From assembly GCA_963838425.1 (NCBI GenBank), contig CAWIRH010000012.1, forward strand, positions 26,955-90,954: a stretch of DNA of 64,000 bases, in the 5' to 3' direction. The notes under the pieces were generated by a model, which saw only the letters and a list, made by a program, of their open reading frames with translations, was not told the origin of the DNA and made no database searches. Position 1 is the stretch's first letter. Every line of letters begins with the position of its first letter. Both the position numbers and the translations under genes were made by a program. The stretch is from an uncultured Acidobacteriaceae bacterium. GTDB taxonomy: Bacteria; Acidobacteriota; Terriglobia; Terriglobales; Acidobacteriaceae. Below are positions 55,450 to 64,000 of the stretch, one piece after another.

Positions 55450-55892
55450 TAGGGATACACGGTCAGCGTTTTATCCGACTTCTGCACGAACATGCGGGCG
55501 TGCTCGGTGCGTTCGTTGACGATTACTTCGACCACGACGCCTCCGCTGGTAAAACCTTTTGTGTTGGCCGATCCGTAGATCCGGTGGGACTTGATGAGGC
55601 CCCACTCGCCGCCCGGTCCCCAGTCGCGATAGAAGTCCGCGTACGTGTACTGAGAATACTTCTGGCGATGCTGGAGCCATCCAGGATCGTTGAAGTAAAT
55701 GCCGTAGGCGGTTTCGTAGCGCTGATCCTGAAGTGCGGCGAAGAACTTGTCGACGGCGCGCTCTTCGGGCCAGTTGCGATACATCCAGGCCAGCGCGGCC
55801 AGAACGATCACGACCACGATGGTGACCGCGATCTTGATCTTCCGCCGCCGCAACCTTGCGGGGTCGTAGGGCTGGGCGTCTAACAGGGTCAT
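55446..55892 (-). CDS. Hypothetical membrane-anchored protein
   Basis: 148 aa with an N-terminal TM helix IAVTIVVVIVLAALAW. I recognise no motif. Confidence 0.55.
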   Translation of the reverse strand: MTLLDAQPYDPARLRRRKIKIAVTIVVVIVLAALAWMYRNWPEERAVDKFFAALQDQRYETAYGIYFNDPGWLQHRQKYSQYTYADFYRDWGPGGEWGLIKSHRIYGSANTKGFTSGGVVVEVIVNERTEHARMFVQKSDKTLTVYPY

Positions 55893-55932
55893 AGATCTCC
55901 ACTTAAGGATAACGGAAAAAGACAGAATTGAG

Positions 55933-57393
55933 TCAATGGCTCAATGTTTTCCCGACCCGCTCGGTGATTTCCTTGTACACCAAATCGTCGTGTAGGATGT
56001 TGAAATCAGGATCTCGGCTCAGATACAGCAAGCCGGTCTCCCGCTTCTCATAGGCCGCCTGCAAGTACCGCAGCGCTTCTTGCTTCTTGCCCAGCAAGGC
56101 GCAGGTGGCAGCCAAATCATAGGCAGGCCCCAAACCGCGGTCGAAGATCTCCTTTTGAACGGGCAGCATCCTTTCGCGCATGCCGTCTAACCCGCCAGCA
56201 GCGAAGCCCCGCTCGGCGGCATCGGCCACGGCGTACCCAGTCTCATCGTGGCGCAACTGCGCCGACTGTTTTGATTCGGCGAAAAAGTTCTCGTAGTCCT
56301 TGCGGTCGAAGTAGATCGCCGCCAGGTAACCGTGTGTCGTTGCCAGAGCAGGATCGGTCGATTCCAGTTGCTTGAGAAGCGCGAAAGCCTCGCCCTTTCG
56401 ACCGGCATTGAAAAGAATCCAACCCTTGTCAGCCTGGATGGTAGTGGATGAGGGATCGAGCTTGCGGGCCTGTTCGATTTGGTCCAAAGCTTCGGGAAAG
56501 CGCGCGGAAGTCAGCAGGAATGTCGCATACCAGTGGTGACCCTGCACGAAGTTTGGATTCAATTCCAGCGCTCGTTTGTATTCACGTTCGGCGGTCACCG
56601 GGTCCCAATTCCAGTAGAAGGTGGCAAACGCCAGGGAAGTGTGCGCTCCCGGGGAAGAGTCGTCGAGTTCGACGGCTTTCTGGGCCGCAGCCAGCGCCCG
56701 GGGATAAGCTTCATCCGGAGGCATGACACTGAATTCGCGCAGCAAGTTGTAGCAGTCGGCCAGCCCCACGTAGGCTGGCGCGTAGCTGGGATCCTTCACG
56801 ATCGCCTGGGTGAAGTAATCGACCGCCTTATTCAGGTCGTCCGGGGTGCGCTTAGTCCAGTGATATTCGCCCTTGAGATAAAGCTCCTGGGCTTCGGCGT
56901 TGGGTGAGTGCGGGGCGGCCAGGGCATTCTTGTAACGGGGCTCGCGATGACTGAATGAGAGGACAACGATCAAACCGGCGACCACCACCAAGGGCGCGAG
57001 CCAAATTACAATCCGGGCAAACGACGGTTGGGGTGGGGCGGGGGCAAGCGGCAGCTCAAGAACCGGGGCAAGGACGGCGGGGCTTGGCGCAGCCTCGGCT
57101 GCGGGCGAGCCCTCGATCTCTGCACTCTCGGCGACGTCACTCTCGGCAACGACAGCGATGGTTCCGGATTCGGCAGCCTCCAATTCGGCAGCTCGTCCTT
57201 TGAGCCATTCCCTCAGTTCATCGGTGTAGGCGAACACACTTCCGCGGCCCCCACCCGGAACGCGGTGGGCGGGCAAGCCTCGCTCCTTCTCCCAGCGGCG
57301 AACGGTACGCTCGTCGCGTCCGAAGAAGGCAGCGATCTCCTTCCAAGAATCAAGGCGGTGATTGGATATTTGCCGCGCGGAACTATCGCCCAT
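55933..57393 (-). CDS. HTH DNA-binding domain + TM + TPR-repeat protein
   Basis: The likely start is MGDSSARQISNHRLDSWKEIAAFFGRDERTVRRWEKERGLPAHRV (an excisionase-like HTH). A TM helix and TPR repeats follow. Confidence 0.75.
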   Translation of the reverse strand: MGDSSARQISNHRLDSWKEIAAFFGRDERTVRRWEKERGLPAHRVPGGGRGSVFAYTDELREWLKGRAAELEAAESGTIAVVAESDVAESAEIEGSPAAEAAPSPAVLAPVLELPLAPAPPQPSFARIVIWLAPLVVVAGLIVVLSFSHREPRYKNALAAPHSPNAEAQELYLKGEYHWTKRTPDDLNKAVDYFTQAIVKDPSYAPAYVGLADCYNLLREFSVMPPDEAYPRALAAAQKAVELDDSSPGAHTSLAFATFYWNWDPVTAEREYKRALELNPNFVQGHHWYATFLLTSARFPEALDQIEQARKLDPSSTTIQADKGWILFNAGRKGEAFALLKQLESTDPALATTHGYLAAIYFDRKDYENFFAESKQSAQLRHDETGYAVADAAERGFAAGGLDGMRERMLPVQKEIFDRGLGPAYDLAATCALLGKKQEALRYLQAAYEKRETGLLYLSRDPDFNILHDDLVYKEITERVGKTLSH

Positions 57394-57400
57394 CCTGTAA

Positions 57401-57439
57401 TACCCGCTAATACCCGCTAATGTCCGTTGTTGTCCGTTG
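57401..57439. repeat. Two consecutive perfect tandem duplications (TACCCGCTAA x2, TGTCCGTTG x2)
   Basis: Read directly. It lies 8 to 46 nt upstream of the minus-strand start codon at 57393. Confidence 0.85.
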
Positions 57440-57606
57440 CCGGGGAGGGCGTGTTCCAGCATTATACCCGGACCATGGTCGGTCGAAAATCCCCCTTTTG
57501 ACCAGCCCCCGGACCGTTTCGAGCGAGCGTGATGCCGGGGCTAGAGCAGAAACTCGCTGAACTCGTATGGAAACAGTTTTGAATCAACCCTTTCGGAGGA
57601 TTTTTG

Positions 57607-60336
57607 ATGTCCACGCGCCGCTTCACTACTTCCGTTCTGACAAAGATCAACGCTCTTAAGACTATTGGCTCCCTGCTGATCATGGCGAACTTGGCTTTCG
57701 GGCCGTCTGCCGCCTTTGGGCAGGCTCCTCTCCCGGCAACATTTGTGAACCCGATTATGTACAACGGGGGTTCGATTATTCCCAATTACAGCCCAATTCC
57801 GGTCCAGGCAATTGCCCTGGGTGACTTCAATAATGACGGAGTTCCGGATCTTCTCACGCTCGACGACAACGCCAACACCGCCGGGGTGGGCATCATGCTG
57901 GGCAGGGGCGATGGCAGCTTCGAGCCGGTTTCGTCCATAACTACGTTTGGGTGCACTTTAGAGGGCGGTATCGTCACTGGCGACTTCAACAATGACGGGA
58001 ATCTGGACTTCGCCGTCGTGTCTGGCACTTTGGGCGGCGATTGCAACTTCAACCCGGGCACGCTCTCGATTTTTCTGGGCAACGGGGCGGGCGGTTTCAC
58101 TCTCAAGGCTTCGTATTCGATGCTGGGAGGCCCCGCGTATCGCGCCGTTGCCGGCGGATTAGTAACGGCCGACCTCCGTGGCAACGGACATCTCGATTTG
58201 CTCGCGATCGATACCAGCAACGGCGTCGACGTTTTTCTTGGCAACGGCGATGGAACGTTCGTCGTTCCAACGGCCGCAGTCGCAATCGCCTTTCCGGGCA
58301 ATTCGGCGGCCGAGGCGGTGGGTGACATCAATCATGACGGAAAGCCGGACCTGGTGGTCGCCTCCAACAACAGCAGCGACGGGATTTATGTGCTGCTCGG
58401 CAACGGCGACGGCACGTTCCAAACTCCCGTGTGGTACTTGCAGGGTTCGAATTCGGGCGCGATGGCGGTCGCCATTGGGCAACTGATCAAGAACGACCAC
58501 AACGACGTGGTGATGGGAACTGGAAACGGGGCGTACGTATACATCAACAATGGTGATGGCACGTTCAAGACGCCGGTTCTGTATGGTCCCTCGTGGATCA
58601 ACTCCATTGTGATCACCGATATCAATGGCGATAAGAAGAATGACTTGGTCGTGAGTTCCTATTCTTCCTCCGCGGTCTGGACAATGCTGGGCAACGGGAA
58701 AGGCGGATTCACGACCGGCGGATCATTTGCCACGGACGGTTACCCGAACAATCTGGTGGTCGCCGATTTTAATGGCGACAAGAATCTGGATTTCGCCACG
58801 TCGAACACGCAGGGTCAATGGGTGACGGTGGGCCTCGGAAATGGCGACGGCACGTTCCGCAGCAGCCAGAGCTATGGCTACACGTGGAGCGGAACAGTCG
58901 CCCAGATCGCGACGGCGGACATGAACAACGATGGCAATCTCGACATCGTGGAAGCGGGCGGCGGCACTGGGGTTGGCATCACGGTGCTGCTCGGCAGTTC
59001 GCACGGCGCATTTGGGAGTCCGATTTCCACCGCGGTCGGTTGCGGCCAAGCCAATCGGGGCGGCGTCAACGCCATTGCCTTGGGCGACGTCACGGGCGAC
59101 GGCAAGGCCGATGTGGTAGCGACCGTGACCACTGCCGGAGGCGGGTGTCCGGACAACCATGTGGCCGTGCTGGCTGGCAGCGGCAACGGAAAATTCAAAA
59201 AACCGGTTTACTATTCCACCGGGACGACGCAACAGTCTTATCTCGGCGGATTGGGCGATTTCAACGGCGACGGCAAGCTGGACATCGTACTGTCGAACGG
59301 GGACGGCAGCCTGAGCATCCTGCTCAATAAGGGCAAAGGTGTTTACGGTGCCGCCAATGTCATTACCGGCGCCAGCGGCACCGAGGCCGGAAATATCGTA
59401 ATCGGCGATTTCAACCACGACGGCAAGCTCGATGTCGCGGTCACCAACTACAGTGGAACGGCAATCAATGTTCTGCTCGGCAATGGTGACGGCACATTCC
59501 AGGCCCCGATCATCACTCCTTCGCCAATTAACCCATCCGCACTGGTAGGCGGCGACTTCAACAAAGACGGCAATCTCGATCTGGCGCTCACCAGTTGGAA
59601 CAATACGGGATCACTGACAATTTTCACGGGCAACGGCAACGGGACCTTCAATGTGGGCACCACTTACGCGTTCAACACGTGGGACCAATGCCAGTTCGGT
59701 GGAACCAATCCGTTCTGGATGAGCGCCGCCGATCTCAACCAGGATGGCAAGTTGGATCTGGCGATTGCCGTCCAGTACAGCGCCTGCGACACCCAATACA
59801 ACGGACAAAACACCTGGGGCGCGGCCGTGGTCTACACGGGCAACGGCGACGGCACCTTCAATCTGGACCTTGCTCCTGGTTCCCCCGGGCCGTGGGTCGG
59901 CGGTGTGGACAACTCCGGCATCGCCTTGGGAGACTTCAACGGCGACGGCATGATCGACATGGCCGTGGCGGGCAACGCGGGATGGACGGGCCAGGACTGG
60001 GTCACCATCATGCAGAACAACACGCAGCCGGTGAGCGTCTCGCCGCTCGCCATGACCTTTGCGGCGGAGGTGGTGGGCAGCACCAGCAAAGCGCAAACCG
60101 TGGTGTTCACGAACGACGAAAGCGCGTCGCTCACGATCGGCAAAGTGGCGCTCGGGGGAACGGACTCAGGCGACTTCATCCTGAAGAACGGGTGCGGGAG
60201 CAGCTTGTTGTCCGGCGCCAATTGCACCCTGACGGTCACTTTCAAACCCACAGCCAGCGGCACGCGGACGGCGACGGTGGCGATCACCGATGGCGCGGGG
60301 ACACAAACCGTCTCGCTGACAGGCACCGGCAAATAG
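57607..60336 (+). CDS. Secreted FG-GAP/VCBS-repeat protein with a C-terminal choice-of-anchor-D-like Ig domain
   Basis: Many GDFNxDGxxD(L/F)(A/V) repeats. The C-terminal domain is PLAMTFAAEVVGSTSKAQTVVFTNDE...CTLTVTFKPTASGTRTATVAITDG. GGAGGA RBS. Confidence 0.85.
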   Translation: MSTRRFTTSVLTKINALKTIGSLLIMANLAFGPSAAFGQAPLPATFVNPIMYNGGSIIPNYSPIPVQAIALGDFNNDGVPDLLTLDDNANTAGVGIMLGRGDGSFEPVSSITTFGCTLEGGIVTGDFNNDGNLDFAVVSGTLGGDCNFNPGTLSIFLGNGAGGFTLKASYSMLGGPAYRAVAGGLVTADLRGNGHLDLLAIDTSNGVDVFLGNGDGTFVVPTAAVAIAFPGNSAAEAVGDINHDGKPDLVVASNNSSDGIYVLLGNGDGTFQTPVWYLQGSNSGAMAVAIGQLIKNDHNDVVMGTGNGAYVYINNGDGTFKTPVLYGPSWINSIVITDINGDKKNDLVVSSYSSSAVWTMLGNGKGGFTTGGSFATDGYPNNLVVADFNGDKNLDFATSNTQGQWVTVGLGNGDGTFRSSQSYGYTWSGTVAQIATADMNNDGNLDIVEAGGGTGVGITVLLGSSHGAFGSPISTAVGCGQANRGGVNAIALGDVTGDGKADVVATVTTAGGGCPDNHVAVLAGSGNGKFKKPVYYSTGTTQQSYLGGLGDFNGDGKLDIVLSNGDGSLSILLNKGKGVYGAANVITGASGTEAGNIVIGDFNHDGKLDVAVTNYSGTAINVLLGNGDGTFQAPIITPSPINPSALVGGDFNKDGNLDLALTSWNNTGSLTIFTGNGNGTFNVGTTYAFNTWDQCQFGGTNPFWMSAADLNQDGKLDLAIAVQYSACDTQYNGQNTWGAAVVYTGNGDGTFNLDLAPGSPGPWVGGVDNSGIALGDFNGDGMIDMAVAGNAGWTGQDWVTIMQNNTQPVSVSPLAMTFAAEVVGSTSKAQTVVFTNDESASLTIGKVALGGTDSGDFILKNGCGSSLLSGANCTLTVTFKPTASGTRTATVAITDGAGTQTVSLTGTGK

Positions 60337-60548
60337 CGAGATCGGATGGGGATCGCTGAGCGGGAGCCGGTTGGAGTGCGTAGGCTGCGCACTCCATGCC
60401 ACGCCGGTTCCCGCCGCAGCGAACCAGGTCGCGCAGTGATCCTCGAAGCTGGTGGGAGCCGCGGGCAAACTGCTCGCGGCCCTTGCCTGCGCACTGCACC
60501 ATCGATCCAAGCCTGCGGTGGGGAGCCGGGTGTCCCCTCCACTGCTAA

Positions 60549-60565
60549 ACGGGCGAGACGCCCGT
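60549..60565. repeat. GC-rich hairpin repeat ACGGGCG-AGA-CGCCCGT followed by CCCTCCAC
   Basis: Same family as 8117, 37945 and 44504. Confidence 0.55.
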
Positions 60566-60731
60566 CCCTCCACTGTATGACTAATCAAGCGGCCGCGGTA
60601 CTAGTGGGCGGTGGACGGCGTATCATCATTGCTAAAGCAGCGGGTCGAACTGCCGATGTACATCCTGTCAGTGAAGAATGGCGGGGCGCGATTTCGTCGC
60701 CCGGCAGTGTAAACCGCAGAGTGGTGGAATT

Positions 60732-61118
60732 ATGGACAAGATACGGGCGCTCATTGTGGATGACTCCTCGGTGATGCGCAAGATAGTTGAGCGTTCGCTG
60801 CGCCAGTCGGGCATTGAACTGGAAAAGGTTGTGGAAGCCTCGAATGGGGCGGAAGCGCTGGTTGCGTTGCAGAACAACGTGGTCGACCTCATCCTGTGCG
60901 ATATCAACATGCCGGTCATGGACGGGCTGGAATTTGTCCGCCAGGTGGCCAAGATGGAAAGCGCCAAAGGCATTCCGATCGTGATGATCACCACCGAAGG
61001 CAGCGAGTCGCACGTGGTGGAGGCGCTTACGGCCGGAGCTCGCGGATACATCCGGAAGCCGTTCACTCCCGATCAGGTGAAAGAGCATGTGTTGCCGGTG
61101 CTGGGGAAAAAGCCATGA
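60732..61118 (+). CDS. cheY: CheY-like single-domain response regulator
   Basis: Contains MDKIRALIVDDSSVMRK...DLILCDINMPVMDG...ITTEG...YIRKPF. 128 aa. Confidence 0.9.
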   Translation: MDKIRALIVDDSSVMRKIVERSLRQSGIELEKVVEASNGAEALVALQNNVVDLILCDINMPVMDGLEFVRQVAKMESAKGIPIVMITTEGSESHVVEALTAGARGYIRKPFTPDQVKEHVLPVLGKKP

Positions 61119-61597
61119 GTACAGATACCTCATTTGCCACGCGGTCGCGCGAGGAGAATTGGCTCCCTGTTCTCGAGCTAGCGGTCGAGGAAGTTTTCGA
61201 GATCATGGTGGGCTGCCGGGTGAAACCGGTAGCGCAATTCGAGCACACGCCGAACGAGGAATTCACCGCCATGATCGGTTTGGCCGGGGCGTTGTGCGGA
61301 ATTCTGACGGTCAGCTGCGACGCGAAGACCGCCCACCAGGTTGCCAAGAGTATGTTGGGTGACACAGCCAACTCCGCAGAAGAGGTAGGGGACGCGCTCG
61401 GAGAGATCTGCAACATGATCGCAGGAAACTTCAAGAACAAGCTCGCCGGCACGGATGAACGGTGCATGCTGAGCGTGCCGAGCGTCATCAGCGGCGGCGA
61501 ATACAGCTTGCATTCGCTGGCCGATGGGAATTCCGTGGAAACGGTCTTGCTGTTTGAGGGCGCACCGGTTGCCGTTCGCCTTCAACTGCAAGGTTGA
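61115..61597 (+). CDS. cheX: CheX-family chemotaxis phosphatase (copy 1)
   Basis: ATGA overlap with cheY. Contains VFEIMVGC...FTAMIGLAG...ALGEICNMIAGNFKNKL. Confidence 0.8.
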   Translation: MSTDTSFATRSREENWLPVLELAVEEVFEIMVGCRVKPVAQFEHTPNEEFTAMIGLAGALCGILTVSCDAKTAHQVAKSMLGDTANSAEEVGDALGEICNMIAGNFKNKLAGTDERCMLSVPSVISGGEYSLHSLADGNSVETVLLFEGAPVAVRLQLQG

Positions 61598-61621
61598 TCC
61601 CAAATCTCTCATCTCCTCGAC

Positions 61622-61698
61622 AAGGTTGTGGGAGCCTCAAACGGGGGCCGAAGCGCCGATCGCGTTGCCGAACAACGTGGTTGACCTCATCCTGTGCC
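61622..61698 (+). pseudogene. cheY relic (77 nt homologous to cheY 60825..60900)
   Basis: AAGGTTGTGGGAGCCTCAAACGGGGGCCGAAGCGCC...AACAACGTGGTTGACCTCATCCTGTGCC compares with AAGGTTGTGGAAGCCTCGAATGGGGCGGAAGCGCTG...AACAACGTGGTCGACCTCATCCTGTGCG. The rest of cheY is deleted. Confidence 0.8.
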
Positions 61699-61715
61699 TT
61701 ACGGGGGAAGAAACC

Positions 61716-62198
61716 ATGACCACAGATACCGCATGTGCCAAGCCGTCTCCCGAGGAGAACTGGCTGCCGATTCTCGAACGTGCGACGCAGGAAGTTTTCG
61801 AGATCATGCTGGGCTGCCAGGTGAAGCCGGCAGAGCCCTCCGAGCACAAGCCGATCGGCGGATTTACCGCCATTGTCGGGCTGGCTGGGGCGCTGTGCGG
61901 CGTGGTAACGGTGTGTTGCGCCGCCAAGACCGCCGGCCAGATTGCCAAGGGAATGTTGGGGGACACCGGCGACTCCGAAGGACAAGTAGTGGATGCGCTG
62001 GGAGAGATGTGCAACATGATTGCAGGCAACTTCAAGAACAAGCTCGCCGGCACGGATGAACGATGCATGTTGAGCGTGCCGACGGTCATCAGTGGCGGAC
62101 AATACAGCTTGCATTCCATGGCCAATGGCCATTCCGTGGAAACCGTCCTGCTGTTTGAGGACGCACCAATCACCGTTCGTCTTCAACTGCAGAGCTGA
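61716..62198 (+). CDS. cheX: CheX-family chemotaxis phosphatase (copy 2)
   Basis: 160 aa, collinear with copy 1. It shares NWLP(V/I)LE...VFEIM(V/L)GC...NMIAGNFKNKLAGTDERCMLSVP. Confidence 0.8.
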   Translation: MTTDTACAKPSPEENWLPILERATQEVFEIMLGCQVKPAEPSEHKPIGGFTAIVGLAGALCGVVTVCCAAKTAGQIAKGMLGDTGDSEGQVVDALGEMCNMIAGNFKNKLAGTDERCMLSVPTVISGGQYSLHSMANGHSVETVLLFEDAPITVRLQLQS

Positions 62199-62221
62199 TC
62201 CCAACCCCCCCATCGCCGGAA

Positions 62222-62264
62222 GAAAACTTTGCCGGGCTCGCGGGTTGCGCCCGGCAAAGTTTTC
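62222..62264 (+). terminator. Perfect 16-bp hairpin GAAAACTTTGCCGGGC-11 nt-GCCCGGCAAAGTTTTC
   Basis: Read directly, 24 nt after the cheX2 stop. There is no separate U-tract. Confidence 0.5.
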
Positions 62265-62367
62265 CCCGCCCGCAAACTCTAAAGCGCTTCCAATGTTTCG
62301 TTGCGGGCCGCCACTCCTAAACGGCTCAGAACAAAGTCATTGGTGAAAACGTGTCCTGGGCCCGGCA

Positions 62368-62382
62368 TGGCGGTTGGCTTGC
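62368..62382 (+). promoter_or_regulatory. Candidate sigma-54 promoter TGGC-N7-TTGC
   Basis: TGGCGGTTGGCTTGC has GG and GC at the canonical -24/-12 spacing, about 25 nt upstream of the flgF start. Confidence 0.35.
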
Positions 62383-62406
62383 TTTGTCTTATTACAAGGA
62401 GCCAAT

Positions 62407-63168
62407 GTGGACAGCGGATTTTATGCAGCGAGCGCCGGGTTGCGGGCGCAGAGCCAGGCGCTCGAAGTGGTGGCCCACAATCTGGCTAATCTGAACACCG
62501 CCGGGTTTCGAGGCCAGCAGACAACCTTCCAGTCGCTGGTGGCGATGTCGCGCCCCGGGGTTTCGAATGTGCTCAACAATGCCCTCAACTCGGCGGCGAA
62601 CAATTTTGGGGTGCTCGAAGGGACGCACTTGGATATGACCGCAGGCAGTCTGGAAGCGACCGGAAACCCGCTTGATGTGGGGATCGAAGGCAGCGGTTTT
62701 TTTGCCATTCAGACCGCGGGCGGCGTTCGCTACACGCGCAACGGAAACTTTCAGGTGTCCAGAAGCGGAGCGCTGGTGACGGCGGCGGGCGATCCTGTGC
62801 TCAGCGATCCTGCACTCGGAGCCAATGGCGCGATCAACGTTCCGGTGGGAGCCGTCTCGATCGCTTCGGACGGGACGCTCTCGGTGAACGGCGCGGTCGC
62901 GGGCAGTATCCAACTGTTCGAGTTCGTTCCCGGAACCAGGCTCACCTCGGAAGGGGAAACCATGATCTCTGCCCCGGCGGGCAGCGCGATACCCGCAACC
63001 CAGTCGACGCTCCGGCAGGGCGCGCTGGAATCTTCGAACGTGAATTCCATCGGTTCGGTGGTGACCCTGATCGGAGTGCAGCGGCAGGCCGAAATGCTGC
63101 AGCGCGCCATGTCGCTGTTTGACACGGAATTTAACCGCATTGCCACGAGCGACCTGGGAAAAGTCTAG
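62407..63168 (+). CDS. flgF: Flagellar basal-body rod protein FlgF
   Basis: GTG 62407 after AAGGAG. N-terminal motif VAHNLANLNTAGFR and C-terminal LRQGALESSNVN. Confidence 0.8.
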   Translation: MDSGFYAASAGLRAQSQALEVVAHNLANLNTAGFRGQQTTFQSLVAMSRPGVSNVLNNALNSAANNFGVLEGTHLDMTAGSLEATGNPLDVGIEGSGFFAIQTAGGVRYTRNGNFQVSRSGALVTAAGDPVLSDPALGANGAINVPVGAVSIASDGTLSVNGAVAGSIQLFEFVPGTRLTSEGETMISAPAGSAIPATQSTLRQGALESSNVNSIGSVVTLIGVQRQAEMLQRAMSLFDTEFNRIATSDLGKV

Positions 63169-63177
63169 GAGGAAACG

Positions 63178-63969
63178 ATGTTTCGAGCACTCTATACCGC
63201 GGCCAGCGGAATGCAGGCGCAGCAAACCAATCTGGATACCATTGCCAATAACCTGTCCAACTCCAGCACGGCCGGCTTTCAGAGCCGCCGCATGCAGTTC
63301 CAGGATCTGATCTACCAGAGCATGGTGATGCCGGGCGCGGCTGCCTCGCAGCAGACCACGGTGGCCGACGGGCTGCAGGTGGGACTGGGCACGCGCTCTT
63401 CCGCGTCCGAGATCATCCAGCTGCAGGGCGACCTGAGTGCGACCGGCAACCCGCTCGATTTGGCCATCGAAGGGCAGGGATTGTTTCAGGTGCTGTTGCC
63501 GACGGGGCAGACGGCCTACACGCGCAGCGGCGAATTCCACATGGACGCGCAAGGCAATGTGGTTACCGCCAATGGGAATCCGCTGCAGCCCGCGCTGTCC
63601 ATACCGGCGGGCGCCACCTCGATCACCATTGCCTCGGACGGAACCGTGTCGGTGACGCTGGCCGGGCAAACCGCGGCCTCGCAGGTGGGCAGCCTGCAAC
63701 TGGCGCTGTTTCCGAATCCGGGCGGATTGAACAGCGTCGGCCAGAATCTGTATCTGGCCACCACGGCTTCGGGCGATGCCGCCGTCGGCACGCCGGGCGG
63801 CAGCGACGGCTTGGGACAGATCGAACAAGGGTATCTGGAGCAGTCGAATGTCAGCGTGGTCGATGAGTTCATCAACATGATCGTGGCGCAGCGTTCCTAC
63901 GAAGCCGGTTCACGCGTGGTGGATGCTGCCGATCAAATGTTTCAGCTGGTCAACCAGATGGGAAAGTAG
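63178..63969 (+). CDS. flgG: Flagellar basal-body rod protein FlgG
   Basis: Begins MFRALYTAASGMQAQQTNLDTIANNLSNSSTAGF and contains ...GYLEQSNVSVVDEFINMIVAQRSYEA. Confidence 0.9.
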   Translation: MFRALYTAASGMQAQQTNLDTIANNLSNSSTAGFQSRRMQFQDLIYQSMVMPGAAASQQTTVADGLQVGLGTRSSASEIIQLQGDLSATGNPLDLAIEGQGLFQVLLPTGQTAYTRSGEFHMDAQGNVVTANGNPLQPALSIPAGATSITIASDGTVSVTLAGQTAASQVGSLQLALFPNPGGLNSVGQNLYLATTASGDAAVGTPGGSDGLGQIEQGYLEQSNVSVVDEFINMIVAQRSYEAGSRVVDAADQMFQLVNQMGK

Positions 63970-63982
63970 GAGCCGCTGAGTG

Positions 63983-64000
63983 ATGACCCGACTTATTTTC
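63983..64000 (+). CDS. Start of the next CDS (MTRLIF...), truncated by the window end; possibly flgA by position
   Basis: ATG 10 nt after TAGGAG. Only 6 codons are visible. Confidence 0.25.

Noticed and set aside
60896-61114. N-terminal extension of the cheX1 ORF (233-aa version starting at 60896)
   Set aside because: It lies out of frame within cheY. ATG 61115 overlaps the cheY stop (ATGA), and the 160-aa product is collinear with cheX2.

Overview
High-G+C bacterial chromosomal segment, by eye about 60% and not computed. It is most likely from an Acidobacteriota (Terriglobia-type) genome. That is an inference from Ser/Thr kinase-TPR proteins starting MI(G/D)[25 protein letters not shown], tandem orphan MacB/FtsX permeases, an FG-GAP plus choice-of-anchor protein, and dense intergenic hairpin repeats. 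About 60 protein genes are supportable. They include: a TetR-TolC-HlyD-ABC efflux operon; an ECF sigma/anti-sigma pair; two envelope glycosyltransferase clusters; aroD-aroE, trpE and trpG; gdh, pgsA, dps, dksA and yggX; yceD-rpmF-plsX-fabD; two type II toxin-antitoxin pairs (DUF1778/GNAT and RHH/PIN); crcB-DUF190; and cheY-cheX-cheX plus flgF-flgG. RNA features found by reading the sequence are RNase P RNA (rnpB, 4280..4712 minus), tRNA-Pro(GGG) (42815..42891 minus) and a fluoride riboswitch upstream of crcB. The best candidates for something new are listed here. (1) A translationally coupled dynamin-like GTPase / AAA+ ATPase / 142-aa protein operon (46964..50065). (2) A low-G+C 1.5-kb cassette flanked by 15-bp direct repeats that carries a Clp-fold SDH-type serine protease and two small proteins, next to a transposase relic (6366..8094). 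(3) Three long intergenic palindromes whose arms are built from 7-8-nt tandem repeats. (4) Two MITE-like repeat families and a family of hairpins with T(G/A)AA loops and covarying stems. (5) Recurrent 10-15-nt tandem duplications at gene 5' ends. At least eight indels interrupt otherwise intact genes, among them fabD, plsX, trpE and aroD-aroE. Assembly or sequencing error is therefore more plausible than real pseudogenisation and should be checked before interpretation. No CRISPR array, rRNA, prophage or intact IS element was seen.
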